Positions 33,101-41,895 of a stretch of 64,000 nucleotides of DNA are shown in pieces. Both the position numbers and the translations under genes were made by a program. Numbering within the stretch: the first letter of the stretch is position 1; the number at the start of each line of letters is the position of its first letter. Source of the stretch: Nitrosopumilaceae archaeon (GTDB lineage: Archaea; Thermoproteota; Nitrososphaeria; Nitrososphaerales; Nitrosopumilaceae). Below the pieces are notes generated by a model that made no database searches, was not told the origin of the DNA, and saw nothing but the letters and a program-made list of their open reading frames with translations. The stretch is from contig CBDCCK010000002.1 of the NCBI GenBank assembly GCA_965214835.1, forward strand, positions 1,536,001-1,600,000, read 5' to 3'.

Positions 33101-34346
33101 ACAAAAGATTCCGTTTTATGCATCGCTTGGCCAGCCTGCAGTCAAAATCACTGCCTTGTGTGATGCCGCAGGCACGCCCGATGTGGGCGGGGCGAGAGTT
33201 GCCAGCGGAGGCGCAAACGGGGAGTGTGCAATTGATGACGGCTCGGACCTGGTGATCTGGACTTCTCACGCAACCGTCTTTGGCGCCGGCAGCGGCACTG
33301 GTTCCTCGGGAACCTCAGGGTCTCACCACGGCAGCGGGGCCAGCGGCGGCGGAAAGATCGTCGGGTTTGGCACGAACATGGTCTCATACAATGTCTGTGA
33401 TCAAAACCATGACGGTCTGATACGCGCACTGGCCTATGGCCTGGCAGGCAAGGAGCTTGCGATGCGCGTAAGCGACATCCAAAATGTCTATCAGGGCACG
33501 GACATCACAGACAAGATTCCGCCGTCAACCTACCTGGACAGGACAAGCCCAGACTATGACTATTTTGTATTTGAGGCCGCAATCCCACCTGGAACCGACA
33601 GGGTCTTTGTATCTGTGGCCGAGGTCGGCAAGGTCAAGCCGCTCTCCACATATCTTTCATTCTCTGGCCGTGGAGATCAGTGCGCCGACACCGTATTCCC
33701 AGTCGATCTGAAAGACGGGGAGGCGGACTTTTTGCCAATCGAGCCCTTGGACCAGCTGTCGCCGGTTGTGGCCTTTGCAGAGGCCTTGACAGCACAGCCA
33801 AATGACGACCCGATTGACTTTGAACTGCCTGCCGTGGCCCGGGACATCGAGCCATCTGGTGCACCACCCCGAGATGAAATCAAGGTACTCGTCCGAACCT
33901 CGACCAAGCAGATGCTTGACGAGGATACGCCATTGATTGAGCAGCCCGTAATTGCAGAGCACGTTGTGGCCGTAGATCCGCCCGCAGCTGAGGCGCCCGT
34001 GCTTGCAGCTCAACCCGCAGCCGTAGATCCGCCCGCAGCTGAGGCGCCCGTGCTTGCAGCTCAACCCGCAGCCGTAGATCCGCCCGCAGCTGAGGCGCCC
34101 GTGCTTGCAGCTCAACCCGCAGCCGTAGATCCGCCCGCAGCTGAGGCGCCCGTAATTGCAGAGCCCACTGTGGCAGCTGCACAGTCCGAGCCAATCTCTG
34201 CCCATATTTCCCGAGTCGACTGTGGGCCTGGCACCCATCTGATTAACGGAATATGCAAGATATCAATTCAAGCCCCGCAAATGGCCAAGGAGCAAAAACA
34301 ACTTGATCTCTTCGAACAGCTACTCTCATGGTTGGGATTTGATTAG
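30147..34346 (+). CDS. Secreted protein with four CHRD (chordin-type) domains plus C-terminal beta domains
   Basis: Four repeats of A.GTA...L.Y.I...KIHIH..G..H.LNI...LC.G.LY.Q.HT....IRGQI. Confidence 0.8.
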   Translation: MYRSNKAILLLLSAAVGLSVFAYIDSQATGGDHDPIQNYLGMQDVWAHDGDGDGFDDDTLKPVVDDASNDPFPGSGRDFTSTLTHAKVVGSPASNSTGINATASFLWSENQERLQYEIRFTNSSYPLLLDKSAGDGSAESVTKIHIHVGDSSSNGYHALNIFGAPAEDDAEMEVHLDDLEIHGVWGDIDTGSLTSDTARSRQLADMRDELCSGGLYLQVHTSWSDQLGAKGAIRGQIDVASELCDFDLGRQEFESFLGGAQVVPPSDNRGSGTAELHFDEDRGSLHYRIKLAGFDIASNATATTDDDLAALHIHRGAAGANGPHALNIFGAPCAITASPFDAVCDDAQMDVDIANGVITGVWDDTDRTTTGSEAGRSKNLSDMIGELCDGNLYFQAHTPTGGNIRGQINLADGQLCDYPGHDDFTAALDGTQIGGGTGSHATGTAGLRFNTGGDRLQYEIDLDGLDTDDVQTLATTADDLTKIHLHNAAFGKNSTVHLLNIFGPPAFDDGDFELTPGTGLITGIWDDADESFAPSDGGRTKKLTTSIGELCAGRVYINIHTTAFERGEIRGQIVPTPDNVRCEFDVAERDFAAELDVANIAAAGDTTDAPPTATAHADFFLNDDRTKLHYVIDLEGIDTTTEQTLDTADDDLTKIHVHIGNASSTGAHAFNIISPFGDANNLKINNGTTTISGVWDPSDPVGMEPGDSKPLATQYDALCSEGLYLQVHLSSGNIRGQIVPDERSTACDAPYVVSATLVSPTAVNIVLSQPIDPSSLAAGDFTGLSLNGTAISSVSSSTTPDNRGVVTLTLDGVSAGFASDGEVSIASTLTSAVGIAFDTGTNPITIKNALAGVPLYVTGTNSQIVLADGSTLDTVVVSPDADSPTLDFSGLSTTDTASGKTSIMLSGPLTASSSGTSGQESKVEFPSGLTVTGNAATFDGVFELPSTPASCSYGFRAAENCVSFGDGDSELAFDGPVKVTLINQAQKIPFYASLGQPAVKITALCDAAGTPDVGGARVASGGANGECAIDDGSDLVIWTSHATVFGAGSGTGSSGTSGSHHGSGASGGGKIVGFGTNMVSYNVCDQNHDGLIRALAYGLAGKELAMRVSDIQNVYQGTDITDKIPPSTYLDRTSPDYDYFVFEAAIPPGTDRVFVSVAEVGKVKPLSTYLSFSGRGDQCADTVFPVDLKDGEADFLPIEPLDQLSPVVAFAEALTAQPNDDPIDFELPAVARDIEPSGAPPRDEIKVLVRTSTKQMLDEDTPLIEQPVIAEHVVAVDPPAAEAPVLAAQPAAVDPPAAEAPVLAAQPAAVDPPAAEAPVLAAQPAAVDPPAAEAPVIAEPTVAAAQSEPISAHISRVDCGPGTHLINGICKISIQAPQMAKEQKQLDLFEQLLSWLGFD
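33969..34160 (+). repeat. 51-bp tandem coding repeat (AVDPPAAEAPVLAAQPA, about 3.7 copies)
   Basis: Units start at 33969, 34020, 34071 and 34122. Confidence 0.9.
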
Positions 34347-35409
34347 AAAACACCTTCTTCTGCTGGCGTGGATTGGCCTGGTATCGGTGCCTGCCTCGTA
34401 TGTTTTTGCAGACCATGGCTCCGGCGGCGGATGCAGCGGAGACTGCACCCCGCCCACCCTGGGCGAGGATAACTCCGGGCGAGTCTTTGTAGATGACGGA
34501 TTCGGTCTGAACGGGCAGTTCTTTGACGTCTCTGGATTCCAGCAGGACTTGACGAGTCAAGACATTGAGATCGGCAGGCCAGTTGATGTCACCATCCGGG
34601 TATACGAGAATGAGGGGGTTCAGAGCCTTGTCCATGCCGGATTGACGCTGGGCGCCAAAACGGAGCTTGTCGGTGCCACCAATATGGAGACATACCAGGC
34701 AGAAATTCTCTGGGACAGAAACATCGGGGGCGGCGCGACCGTCCAGGTTCACGATAATGATCGGGTGCTGGGCGACGTCGGCGTGTCTGCAGAGCTGGGC
34801 GATGATGCCTTTGGAGGCCCAGAGGCCATCACCGTCCTCACATTCACGTTCACGCCGCTGTCATACTTTGAGATCAACCCGATTGTCGTCAACGTATGGG
34901 ATCAGAGCAGGAACAGCTGGAAGAACTACTTCTATAACGCGGCAGAGATAGTAGGCACTGCAGACTCGATCCTGGGAGACGTCGAGCTTGAGGATCCAGA
35001 AAGGCGCGTCCTGAGCATTCCCGGATGGATAAGGACCAGTGCGCATGCATGGTCGGAGGGAATCATCGACGATGATGCCTTTGCGCAGGGAATCGCATAC
35101 TGCATAGGGCGCGGCATCATCAACATCCCAGACCTGCCGGTGTCATCTGCAGAGACCCTGCCGTTCGTGGATCCTGCAAGGGGGGCCCAGTACTACCTGG
35201 ACAGGTACTACAACGAGCCGGTCTACAGGGAGTGGTTTGATGAGAACTTTCCGGGACATACCATTGAGGAGGCCGTAGGCATAACCGGCGCCAAGATCCC
35301 CTCCTGGATAAGGGACAGCGCGGGGGCCTGGGCCGATGGCATGATACCTGATGCCGCATTCGCAGCCGGAATCAAGCATCTGATCGAGCACGGCATAATC
35401 CGGCTATGA
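34339..35409 (+). CDS. Thaumarchaeal exported protein with two IPxWI..A..W..G.I.D..F..GI repeats
   Basis: Probable TTG start at 34339 (in frame with ORF 34303) gives a signal peptide; the repeats are typical of Nitrosopumilaceae secreted proteins. Confidence 0.75.
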   Translation: MIRKHLLLLAWIGLVSVPASYVFADHGSGGGCSGDCTPPTLGEDNSGRVFVDDGFGLNGQFFDVSGFQQDLTSQDIEIGRPVDVTIRVYENEGVQSLVHAGLTLGAKTELVGATNMETYQAEILWDRNIGGGATVQVHDNDRVLGDVGVSAELGDDAFGGPEAITVLTFTFTPLSYFEINPIVVNVWDQSRNSWKNYFYNAAEIVGTADSILGDVELEDPERRVLSIPGWIRTSAHAWSEGIIDDDAFAQGIAYCIGRGIINIPDLPVSSAETLPFVDPARGAQYYLDRYYNEPVYREWFDENFPGHTIEEAVGITGAKIPSWIRDSAGAWADGMIPDAAFAAGIKHLIEHGIIRL

Positions 35410-36357
35410 TCCGGGGCGGCCCCAGCCCCTGTCTGGGATCCCCGCCGTCTTGCGGCCCAGACGGGAAACGACCCCCCCTCCAGGCTCCACTACGCCTATC
35501 TCGATGAGCCCCACCCCGCTTTTCTCTGCCGCCTTTTTGACTTTTGGGATGTTTTTCTCCGGCGCCGTAAAGACCATCTCGTACTCCTCGCCGCCAAACA
35601 GCGCCAGATCCTCGACTGGAATCCCGTTTCTTTCGGCAAAGATGCACAGGGCCTTCTCATAGGGGAGCCTGGTTACGGAGAACCTACATGCACTCTGCCT
35701 TGACATCTCGTTTAGGGTCATGGCCAGCCCGTCGCTGGAGTCCATCGACGATGACAGGTACCTTGCCGCCTTTGTGCCAAACTCCAGCCTTGGCCTTGGG
35801 TTGCAAAAGGCGTTCCTGTACCTTGCGTCAAGCCTCGGCCTGCCTGATTTTTTCCCGTTCAGCAGCAGATGCAGTCCTGCGGCCGTGTTGCCAAAGTATC
35901 CTGTGACAAAGATCCTGTCCCCCGGCTTTGCGCCCCCCCTTGGAACGATTCTCCCTGCCGTCCCGTACAGCGATACGCTGACTGACACCTCCGCCCCCCC
36001 GCTTGTATCGCCGCCCAGTATCCCCACCTTGAACTCCCTGGACGCCCTTTGAAGCCCCACTGCCAGCCCGGCAAGCTGCCTCCTTGGAAGCCCCCTTGGA
36101 ATCGTCACTGAGACCGTGCCAAACTCCGGCCTGACGCCCTTGGCGGCAAAGTCGCTGACGCATGCGGCAACTGCCTTTCTTGATACCTCGGACATTTTCA
36201 TGCCGGGGGGAACATCCGTGCTCTGAACCAGGGTGTCCACTGCCACCACGGTGATCCTGGAGCCGCGCCTGAAGACCTCGACATCCTCGTGCGGCCCCGT
36301 CCTGCCCAGCTTTTTTCGCAGGATCCCGATTATCTGGTCTTCATCTAGCTCTGTCAT
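35404..36357 (-). CDS. thiL: Thiamine-monophosphate kinase
   Basis: VDTLV, SDFAAKG, ILGGDT, RGGAKPGDRIFVTG, MDSSDGL and GGEEYE motifs. Confidence 0.92.
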   Translation of the reverse strand: MTELDEDQIIGILRKKLGRTGPHEDVEVFRRGSRITVVAVDTLVQSTDVPPGMKMSEVSRKAVAACVSDFAAKGVRPEFGTVSVTIPRGLPRRQLAGLAVGLQRASREFKVGILGGDTSGGAEVSVSVSLYGTAGRIVPRGGAKPGDRIFVTGYFGNTAAGLHLLLNGKKSGRPRLDARYRNAFCNPRPRLEFGTKAARYLSSSMDSSDGLAMTLNEMSRQSACRFSVTRLPYEKALCIFAERNGIPVEDLALFGGEEYEMVFTAPEKNIPKVKKAAEKSGVGLIEIGVVEPGGGVVSRLGRKTAGIPDRGWGRPGS

Positions 36358-37639
36358 GGCACCTGCCCACCAGTTTTTTTACCCCTTCCAGGATCTTCCC
36401 TGCCTTTTCCAGGTCGTTTGACTCTGCAGAGACCCTGATGACGTCCTCCGTATTTGACTTTCTCACCAGCACCCAAGAGTCCTCGTCGACTATTCCCTTT
36501 ACCCCGTCGATTGTCACGGCCTCTGAAAACTCCGACCGCATCCGTTCTGCAACCTCTCCCATGACCGCATCATGCAGCGGGGACTCTACTGCCACCCGGT
36601 CTCTTAGCTGGTGATAGCCCTGCATAAACTCCAAGACCTCCCTGATCTGATCACTGCCCAGCATCGACGCAATCAGGCCGGCAGTCAGGATTCCGTCCCT
36701 GCAGTAGTTGAACTCGGGCAGGATGAACCCGCCGCTGCTCCCCTCACCCCCCGCCTGGGATCCGGTCTTCAGGACTGTGTCGATTACGTTTGCCTCCCCA
36801 ACCCCTGATCTTGTCACCTTCCCGCCCCTCTCCCTGACGAACTTTTCAACCGAGACGCTGGTATCGATGCTAAAGACGAACCTCCTGTGTCCCATCTCCA
36901 GCGACTTGGCCACCCCCAGCCCCAGTGTTACGTCTGGGGCCTGCCTTGCCCCATCCTTGACCACGACCAGCCTGTCCCCGTCCAGGTCAAACGCAAAGCC
37001 GATATCGCCCCCCGATGACCAGCCTACCAGGTCATCGAGGCCGTCACTGGTGGGATCAGGCCCCCTGGTTGATGTCCTGACTGACTCGTTGATGGCCGTT
37101 ACCTGGCAGCCCAGCCTTTCTAGCAGCACGGGCGCAGTGCCTGCAGCCGCACTGCCCCCCAGATCCACTACTATCCGGGGCCTGCCGGAAATCATGCCGA
37201 TTATATCGCGGGCCTCCTCGATATAGCCTGACTCAAGATAGCTCTGCTGGCCTATTGCGCCCCGTCTGGCCTCCTGCCTTGTGAGGACGGCATCCAGCTC
37301 GCGCTCGTTGATCCCCCTCCCGTCGACTATGAACTTCAGACCGTTCCACTCAAGCGGGTTGTGCGATGCCGATACGACGACTCCGGCCCCGAACCTCCTT
37401 GCCTCCCTGAAGACAACCGGCGTCGGCGCAACCTCTAGGGAAAGCACGTCGATTCCGTTTTGCAGCAGTGCAGAGGCTGCAGCCTCCTGCATGATCGGGC
37501 CTGACGGCCTGGTGTCCCTTGCGATAACGCACCGGCCGGACTTTACCAGGTGTGAAAAGCTGCCGGCAAACTCAATCACGTGACTCAGTGCCAGATCCCT
37601 TCCAAAGACTCCCCTGATCCCGGAGATTGACTTTTTCAT
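36341..37639 (-). CDS. Phosphomannomutase/phosphoglucomutase family
   Basis: SGIRG, VSASHNP, FDLDGDRL, GGEGS and RKSNTE motifs. Confidence 0.92.
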   Translation of the reverse strand: MKKSISGIRGVFGRDLALSHVIEFAGSFSHLVKSGRCVIARDTRPSGPIMQEAAASALLQNGIDVLSLEVAPTPVVFREARRFGAGVVVSASHNPLEWNGLKFIVDGRGINERELDAVLTRQEARRGAIGQQSYLESGYIEEARDIIGMISGRPRIVVDLGGSAAAGTAPVLLERLGCQVTAINESVRTSTRGPDPTSDGLDDLVGWSSGGDIGFAFDLDGDRLVVVKDGARQAPDVTLGLGVAKSLEMGHRRFVFSIDTSVSVEKFVRERGGKVTRSGVGEANVIDTVLKTGSQAGGEGSSGGFILPEFNYCRDGILTAGLIASMLGSDQIREVLEFMQGYHQLRDRVAVESPLHDAVMGEVAERMRSEFSEAVTIDGVKGIVDEDSWVLVRKSNTEDVIRVSAESNDLEKAGKILEGVKKLVGRCHDRAR

Positions 37640-37690
37640 ATGAAAGACCCGGCAAGGCTTTTTATTAACTCTGACTGACTTTGTACTCGT

Positions 37691-37764
37691 GCCTCGGTAG
37701 CTCAGCCTGGCAGAGCGAACGCCTCGTAAGCGTTAGGTCGCGGGTTCGGATCCCGTTCGAGGCT
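37691..37764 (+). tRNA. tRNA-Thr (CGT)
   Basis: Cloverleaf with acceptor GCCTCGG/TCGAGGC and anticodon arm AACGC-CTCGTAA-GCGTT; followed by a T-run. Confidence 0.93.
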
Positions 37765-37783
37765 TTTTTAAAACTAAAACAGG

Positions 37784-37890
37784 GCAACAGCTCGGGCTTG
37801 AGGTGGTTTACGATTTTAGGTGCGAGTTACACCTGAAGGTCTCTTTGGCGGCAAGACTCACACCTGAGCTTCCAGAGCCCGGGCTGTTAC
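37784..37890. mobile_element. 107-bp MITE-like element, family D
   Basis: Imperfect TIR GCAACAGCTCGGGCT / AGCCCGGGCTGTTAC; flanks AAAACAGG / AAAACAAT look like a decayed 8-bp TSD. Confidence 0.6.
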
Positions 37891-38302
37891 AAAACAATGG
37901 TTAGGATCCTGACTCGCAAAGGGACTCAATGTCGGTCTCCAAGTCCTTGCCGAGTCCTACCCACCATCGCATGCCTTCTTCTGTCATTCTCCCCGTGTTA
38001 TCCCCAAAATTGTCCTTTATAGATCTGTCGGTTGACTTGGACTGCTGTATGGATCCATCCCTTGTCAAAAAACCCTGACATCGATCACCAATAGATCCCA
38101 AGACGGCTGTGGTTTTTACCCCGGTCCGTCATTTGGGACAGGCTTGCGTAAAAAAACCGGGTCGCGTCAGTGCGCGCACCAAAAACCGGATCGTGGACTT
38201 GGCATGTCGCGCCCGCTTTGATAAAAAAGCGATCGGTTCTCAACTGCACCGCACTATGGCAGGCTGGGCTGGCTTTTAGATGGCCATGCACCGATCAAGG
38301 AC

Positions 38303-38485
38303 CTAGCTCTTCTGGGACTCTTTGCCCTTTAGGTGCCTTTTGTAAAGATTGCTTGCCACCGCACCTGCCGCACACGCCCAAAAGATCGGCCATCCAGCCG
38401 GATCCTGCTGTGCTATGGGAACGACAAACGCGTAGATCGTCCCCCCCACCAGACCAAACCCTATCAAATCCAATGCCTTGTACAT
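38303..38485 (-). CDS. Small 2-TM hypothetical protein
   Basis: 60 aa with two hydrophobic helices and a basic tail. Confidence 0.45.
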   Translation of the reverse strand: MYKALDLIGFGLVGGTIYAFVVPIAQQDPAGWPIFWACAAGAVASNLYKRHLKGKESQKS

Positions 38486-38543
38486 GGTATATGCCAGTAC
38501 TGGCCATCAAAAAGATATATTGTTTTACTGTTTCTGCTATCTG

Positions 38544-38735
38544 TTGGACAAGTATCTGCTGGTGGTTCTCGTGTTCCTGATCGGGGGCATGGGGATTGCA
38601 ATTACAAAGGATCCACCCGTGCTTGTGCTGTTTTATACCATGCTTGCAGGGGCCATAGGCGTCATCATTTACAGCGCGATGAAGGGCAGAAGGGCAGCCC
38701 AGAGGGAAAACCGACGAAGAAAATACAAAAAGTAG
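38544..38735 (+). CDS. Small 2-TM membrane protein
   Basis: TTG start MDKYLLVVLVFLIGG, basic C-terminal tail; in frame with ORF 38478. Confidence 0.65.
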   Translation: MDKYLLVVLVFLIGGMGIAITKDPPVLVLFYTMLAGAIGVIIYSAMKGRRAAQRENRRRKYKK

Positions 38736-38737
38736 GC

Positions 38738-39016
38738 CTAGAGGCCCAGACCGAAGGACTCTGCTATTGACGAGAACTTTTTGTACGATTCCAGGTACTG
38801 CCTTCCCTTTGGGGTGATTACGTACGTGTTTTTACCGTCAAACTCTATCTTGTTGATCAGCTCTGCGCCGGTCAGATTTGCAATGAATTTTGATAGTCTT
38901 GAATGCGAAAGGTTTGCCTTTGTTAAAAGCGAGGTTGTCTTGATTCCCTCCTGGCCGGACTGTTCGGCCGCCGTAAGCAGATCTGCTACGATCTGCACGC
39001 TTGTTCTGTAAGCCAT
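38738..39016 (-). CDS. Winged-HTH protein (archaeal HTH_45-like)
   Basis: YRTSVQIVADLL..TTSLLTKANLSHSRL..YVITPKGRQYL. Confidence 0.85.
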   Translation of the reverse strand: MAYRTSVQIVADLLTAAEQSGQEGIKTTSLLTKANLSHSRLSKFIANLTGAELINKIEFDGKNTYVITPKGRQYLESYKKFSSIAESFGLGL

Positions 39017-39068
39017 TTCTAGTGATACTGGCCAACTACTGCGATATAACGGTATTGGCAGACATCGA

Positions 39069-39155
39069 GGTATAGTTTACACTGGGAGGCATTGTCAGCC
39101 GGGGCCTTGATCACCGTGCCCACCACACCGTATTTTCAAAGGGGTAAACTCTTAC
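39069..39155. mobile_element. About 87-bp MITE, family C (reverse orientation)
   Basis: Reverse complement GTAAGAGTTTACCCC..GAAAATACGGTGTGG..TGATCAAGGCC matches 42699 and 60257. Confidence 0.7.
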
Positions 39156-39200
39156 GGCATAGAGATCAGGTAAATATAACATGAACCCGTCTGTTTAGCA

Positions 39201-39785
39201 TTGCCTGCAGACGCCGCCGCCCCATGGAATGATGGCTTTATGGGGATTGCGTACCGGTACTTTGATCTCAGGATGAACGTGGCCCCGCTCTTCGAGGAGA
39301 GAAGTCCTGCAGCGAACCTGTGGCATGAGACGATCTACTGGTGGCCCGACCATTCAATAAGGCTGCGGTTCGTAGAGGAGGACCGCAAGTACTGGTTCAT
39401 CCTGGGATCGGACTCTAGGCGGCCGGACTCCAACCTGGCACTTTACAAGCTGCTTGACAGATCCGAAAACTACGAACGATTCAAGAGGGGACACGGCGGC
39501 GAGGCCTATCTCAGGCTGGGCGTCTTTTCTAAGAAGTACAAAAAGGACGTCAAGAACGACGCACTCTGCAACTGCGGCCACGAGATGTATGATCACGGGG
39601 AGACTGCAGAAGAGGAGGACTGTCTTTATGAGGACTGTAACTGCAGGAGATTCGAGAGCTTTGAGGTAAGATTTCTCAAGAAGAAAAAGACGGTAACGGA
39701 CATAAAGTTCCTGCAAGAGTCGGAGGTAAGGGACGACGCGCTCTCATGGAACTGCCTGAACAAGAACAAGTACTGGCAGGGCTAG
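39201..39785 (+). CDS. Conserved hypothetical protein with CxCGH..H..C..CxC metal-binding insert
   Basis: 194-aa ORF; LCNCGHEMYDH..CLYEDCNC. Confidence 0.75.
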   Translation: MPADAAAPWNDGFMGIAYRYFDLRMNVAPLFEERSPAANLWHETIYWWPDHSIRLRFVEEDRKYWFILGSDSRRPDSNLALYKLLDRSENYERFKRGHGGEAYLRLGVFSKKYKKDVKNDALCNCGHEMYDHGETAEEEDCLYEDCNCRRFESFEVRFLKKKKTVTDIKFLQESEVRDDALSWNCLNKNKYWQG

Positions 39786-39943
39786 CTGCTCCTGCTCATG
39801 TCCACCCTGACATGATCTCCCGGATACTGCTCGGCAATCTTCTTTGAGTAGCACTTGCCGCAAAGCGGTCCCTCCACATTCCACCCATCCATCGGCATGT
39901 AGGTCTGTGCAACCTCCCCATCGCACGCTTTACATTTGACCAT
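39782..39943 (-). CDS. 53-aa zinc-finger protein (below ORF-track cut-off)
   Basis: Manual translation MVKCKACDGEVAQTYMPMDGWNVEGPLCGKCYSKKIAEQYPGDHVRVDMSRSS, with two CxxC pairs. Confidence 0.75.
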   Translation of the reverse strand: MVKCKACDGEVAQTYMPMDGWNVEGPLCGKCYSKKIAEQYPGDHVRVDMSRSS

Positions 39944-40370
39944 TTTGAGTCTGCTCCAGTTGTTCTATATAAAAATCATCTTGGAGGGGCAGTGCGAGGT
40001 CGCCCACTGGCAGACCAGGCGTGGGCCTGTGTGGTGAAAAGCACAGGCTCCCCGACGGCGGGGTGGCATCCCCCTGCACAGCTCATGTCCATGTTGAGGA
40101 GCCTCTAGTCGCCGTCACACAGCTGTGATTTTCACGCCTGGCAGGCGGGAGCAGGGGTTCGTGATTCATGCCATGCTTTGCAGACACCTTTATCCGTCGG
40201 GTGCATGTTCGTACCCCTTGGAGGCCGGGACTGCCAATCATGAATTACTTTTCACGCACCTAGACCCGCACCTGTCACGACGCTGCCTCTGATCCGCCGG
40301 GCCCCAGTCGTCACCTGCCCTGTTCTTGATAATGCCTGCAAACCCCCAATCTCCTTTCTACGCCGTCGCA

Positions 40371-41285
40371 CTAGTCTGAGCCGTCATCCTTCTCACCGTC
40401 ATACCACCTGGTATTGCACCTGTTGCACTCCCAGTCCGGTATAATGCCCATGCCGCAGCATCCATCCAGGCTGATTTTCTTTTTGGCCATGAGCTTCTCG
40501 GCGTCCCCGTCAATGAGCACATGTCCGTGGATGGTCCTGCAGAGGTCGGCGCTACGGCAGTTGGGGCAGTACGGGTTCCACTCGTTTCCACACCCGTTGC
40601 AGTGCCGGGCCGGATCAGCAGTCTTCTCCGGCCAGGCGAATTTCTCCTCTGCCATGCTGGTCGAGGCGGGTCTCCTGAAAAAGGAGGATGGCGAGAACCT
40701 GCCGGGCCGGATCTTCTTTTCGGCCACGAGGCGGTCGTACTCTGCTTCATCGGCAGGAGATCCGTAGGTAATCGGGCCGGGCTCCAGAACCACGTATGGG
40801 GGTGGTTTGGAGTCCTTTGCGCCTGCATCTGGCCTGTAGACAATCTGGCATGTATCACTGCTACCGCATTTGGGGCAGTAGAGGCCCCACTTTTTTTGGC
40901 AGTCGTTGCAGTACAGGGCGGGGCTGGTCGGGGAGACGCCAGATCCGCCCAGGTGGATTCTCCCTTGGGCTACAAGCCTGTCGTGTTTCTCCCTGTCTAC
41001 TAGACGCACAATAGAGGAGAGGTTAAAGTCGTTCCAAGAAGGCGGCAGAGGATCATCATCCCTGTATTCTGGCGGTACGGTAAGGGGGAACCTGAGACCG
41101 TCTCCAGAGCATGCTGCAAGGCAGTCGTGCATTTCCCTGTCTACTGGCTGCACGACGGGGGGAAGCCAGATGCCATATTTGTAATGGGCCACAAGAATGT
41201 CGTACTCTTTCTGGCTCGCAACGGGCACGTATACGATCTCACAGGTGTTGCAGCCGCCGCACTTTGGACAGTCAGTGGCAGGCAT
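40371..41285 (-). CDS. Hypothetical protein with three tandem CPxC...CxxC zinc-ribbon modules
   Basis: CPKCG..EIVY..GRIHLGG..CNDCQKKW; CPKCGS..QIVY..CNGCGNEW; CPNCRS..LDGCC..WECNRCNTRW. Confidence 0.7.
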   Translation of the reverse strand: MPATDCPKCGGCNTCEIVYVPVASQKEYDILVAHYKYGIWLPPVVQPVDREMHDCLAACSGDGLRFPLTVPPEYRDDDPLPPSWNDFNLSSIVRLVDREKHDRLVAQGRIHLGGSGVSPTSPALYCNDCQKKWGLYCPKCGSSDTCQIVYRPDAGAKDSKPPPYVVLEPGPITYGSPADEAEYDRLVAEKKIRPGRFSPSSFFRRPASTSMAEEKFAWPEKTADPARHCNGCGNEWNPYCPNCRSADLCRTIHGHVLIDGDAEKLMAKKKISLDGCCGMGIIPDWECNRCNTRWYDGEKDDGSD

Positions 41286-41429
41286 GTCCTACCCCAAATG
41301 GCCTCCAAGGCATTCCAAGCCGCGCATGCTCAAAGAATGCCCGGCCACATTTCCAGTCTCCATCTAACAAACCTACAAAGGGCAGCCGACCCGCAAATAT
41401 TAGCCTGCCTTGCAGCCCAGTAACCCGAC

Positions 41430-41547
41430 GTAACAGGTTAGCTCCTGCCTAGAGTTGGAGCTGCGTCCCTTGCCGGACAGGCATGAAAATCACAACTGCA
41501 GGCAGATTCGCGCCTGATTGCTGCCTAGGCAGGGGCTAACCTGTTAC
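41430..41547. mobile_element. 118-bp MITE, family A, with TSD
   Basis: TIR GTAACAGGTTAG.. / ..CTAACCTGTTAC; exact 8-bp TSD AACCCGAC at 41422-41429 and 41548-41555. Confidence 0.93.
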
Positions 41548-41895
41548 AACCCGACTTGTGGCGGTGCAGACGGCCATGTGCGGATCTGCAGGAGGCCTGA
41601 TTTGGGCTGTTTTGCATTTGGAGCTGTAGCACACACGTCAAAAATTGCAACATGATTTTGACATATCGTGCCTATTTCGATAAGAAAATACCCGATTTTC
41701 AACTGTGCGCACTGGGGTTGTTTCCTAATTCCAGTTGCCTGATTCAATCTGTATATTTTTCTGAATTTTCGCCCTTTTGCACGCCTGATCCATGAGGCAT
41801 CTCAACGGTTTTCAGGAATTCTGACGAATTAGGAAACAACCTCGTGCGCACTGTGTCTTGTGTTGCACCTTGGTGTAGAACAACGCCCGACTCGG

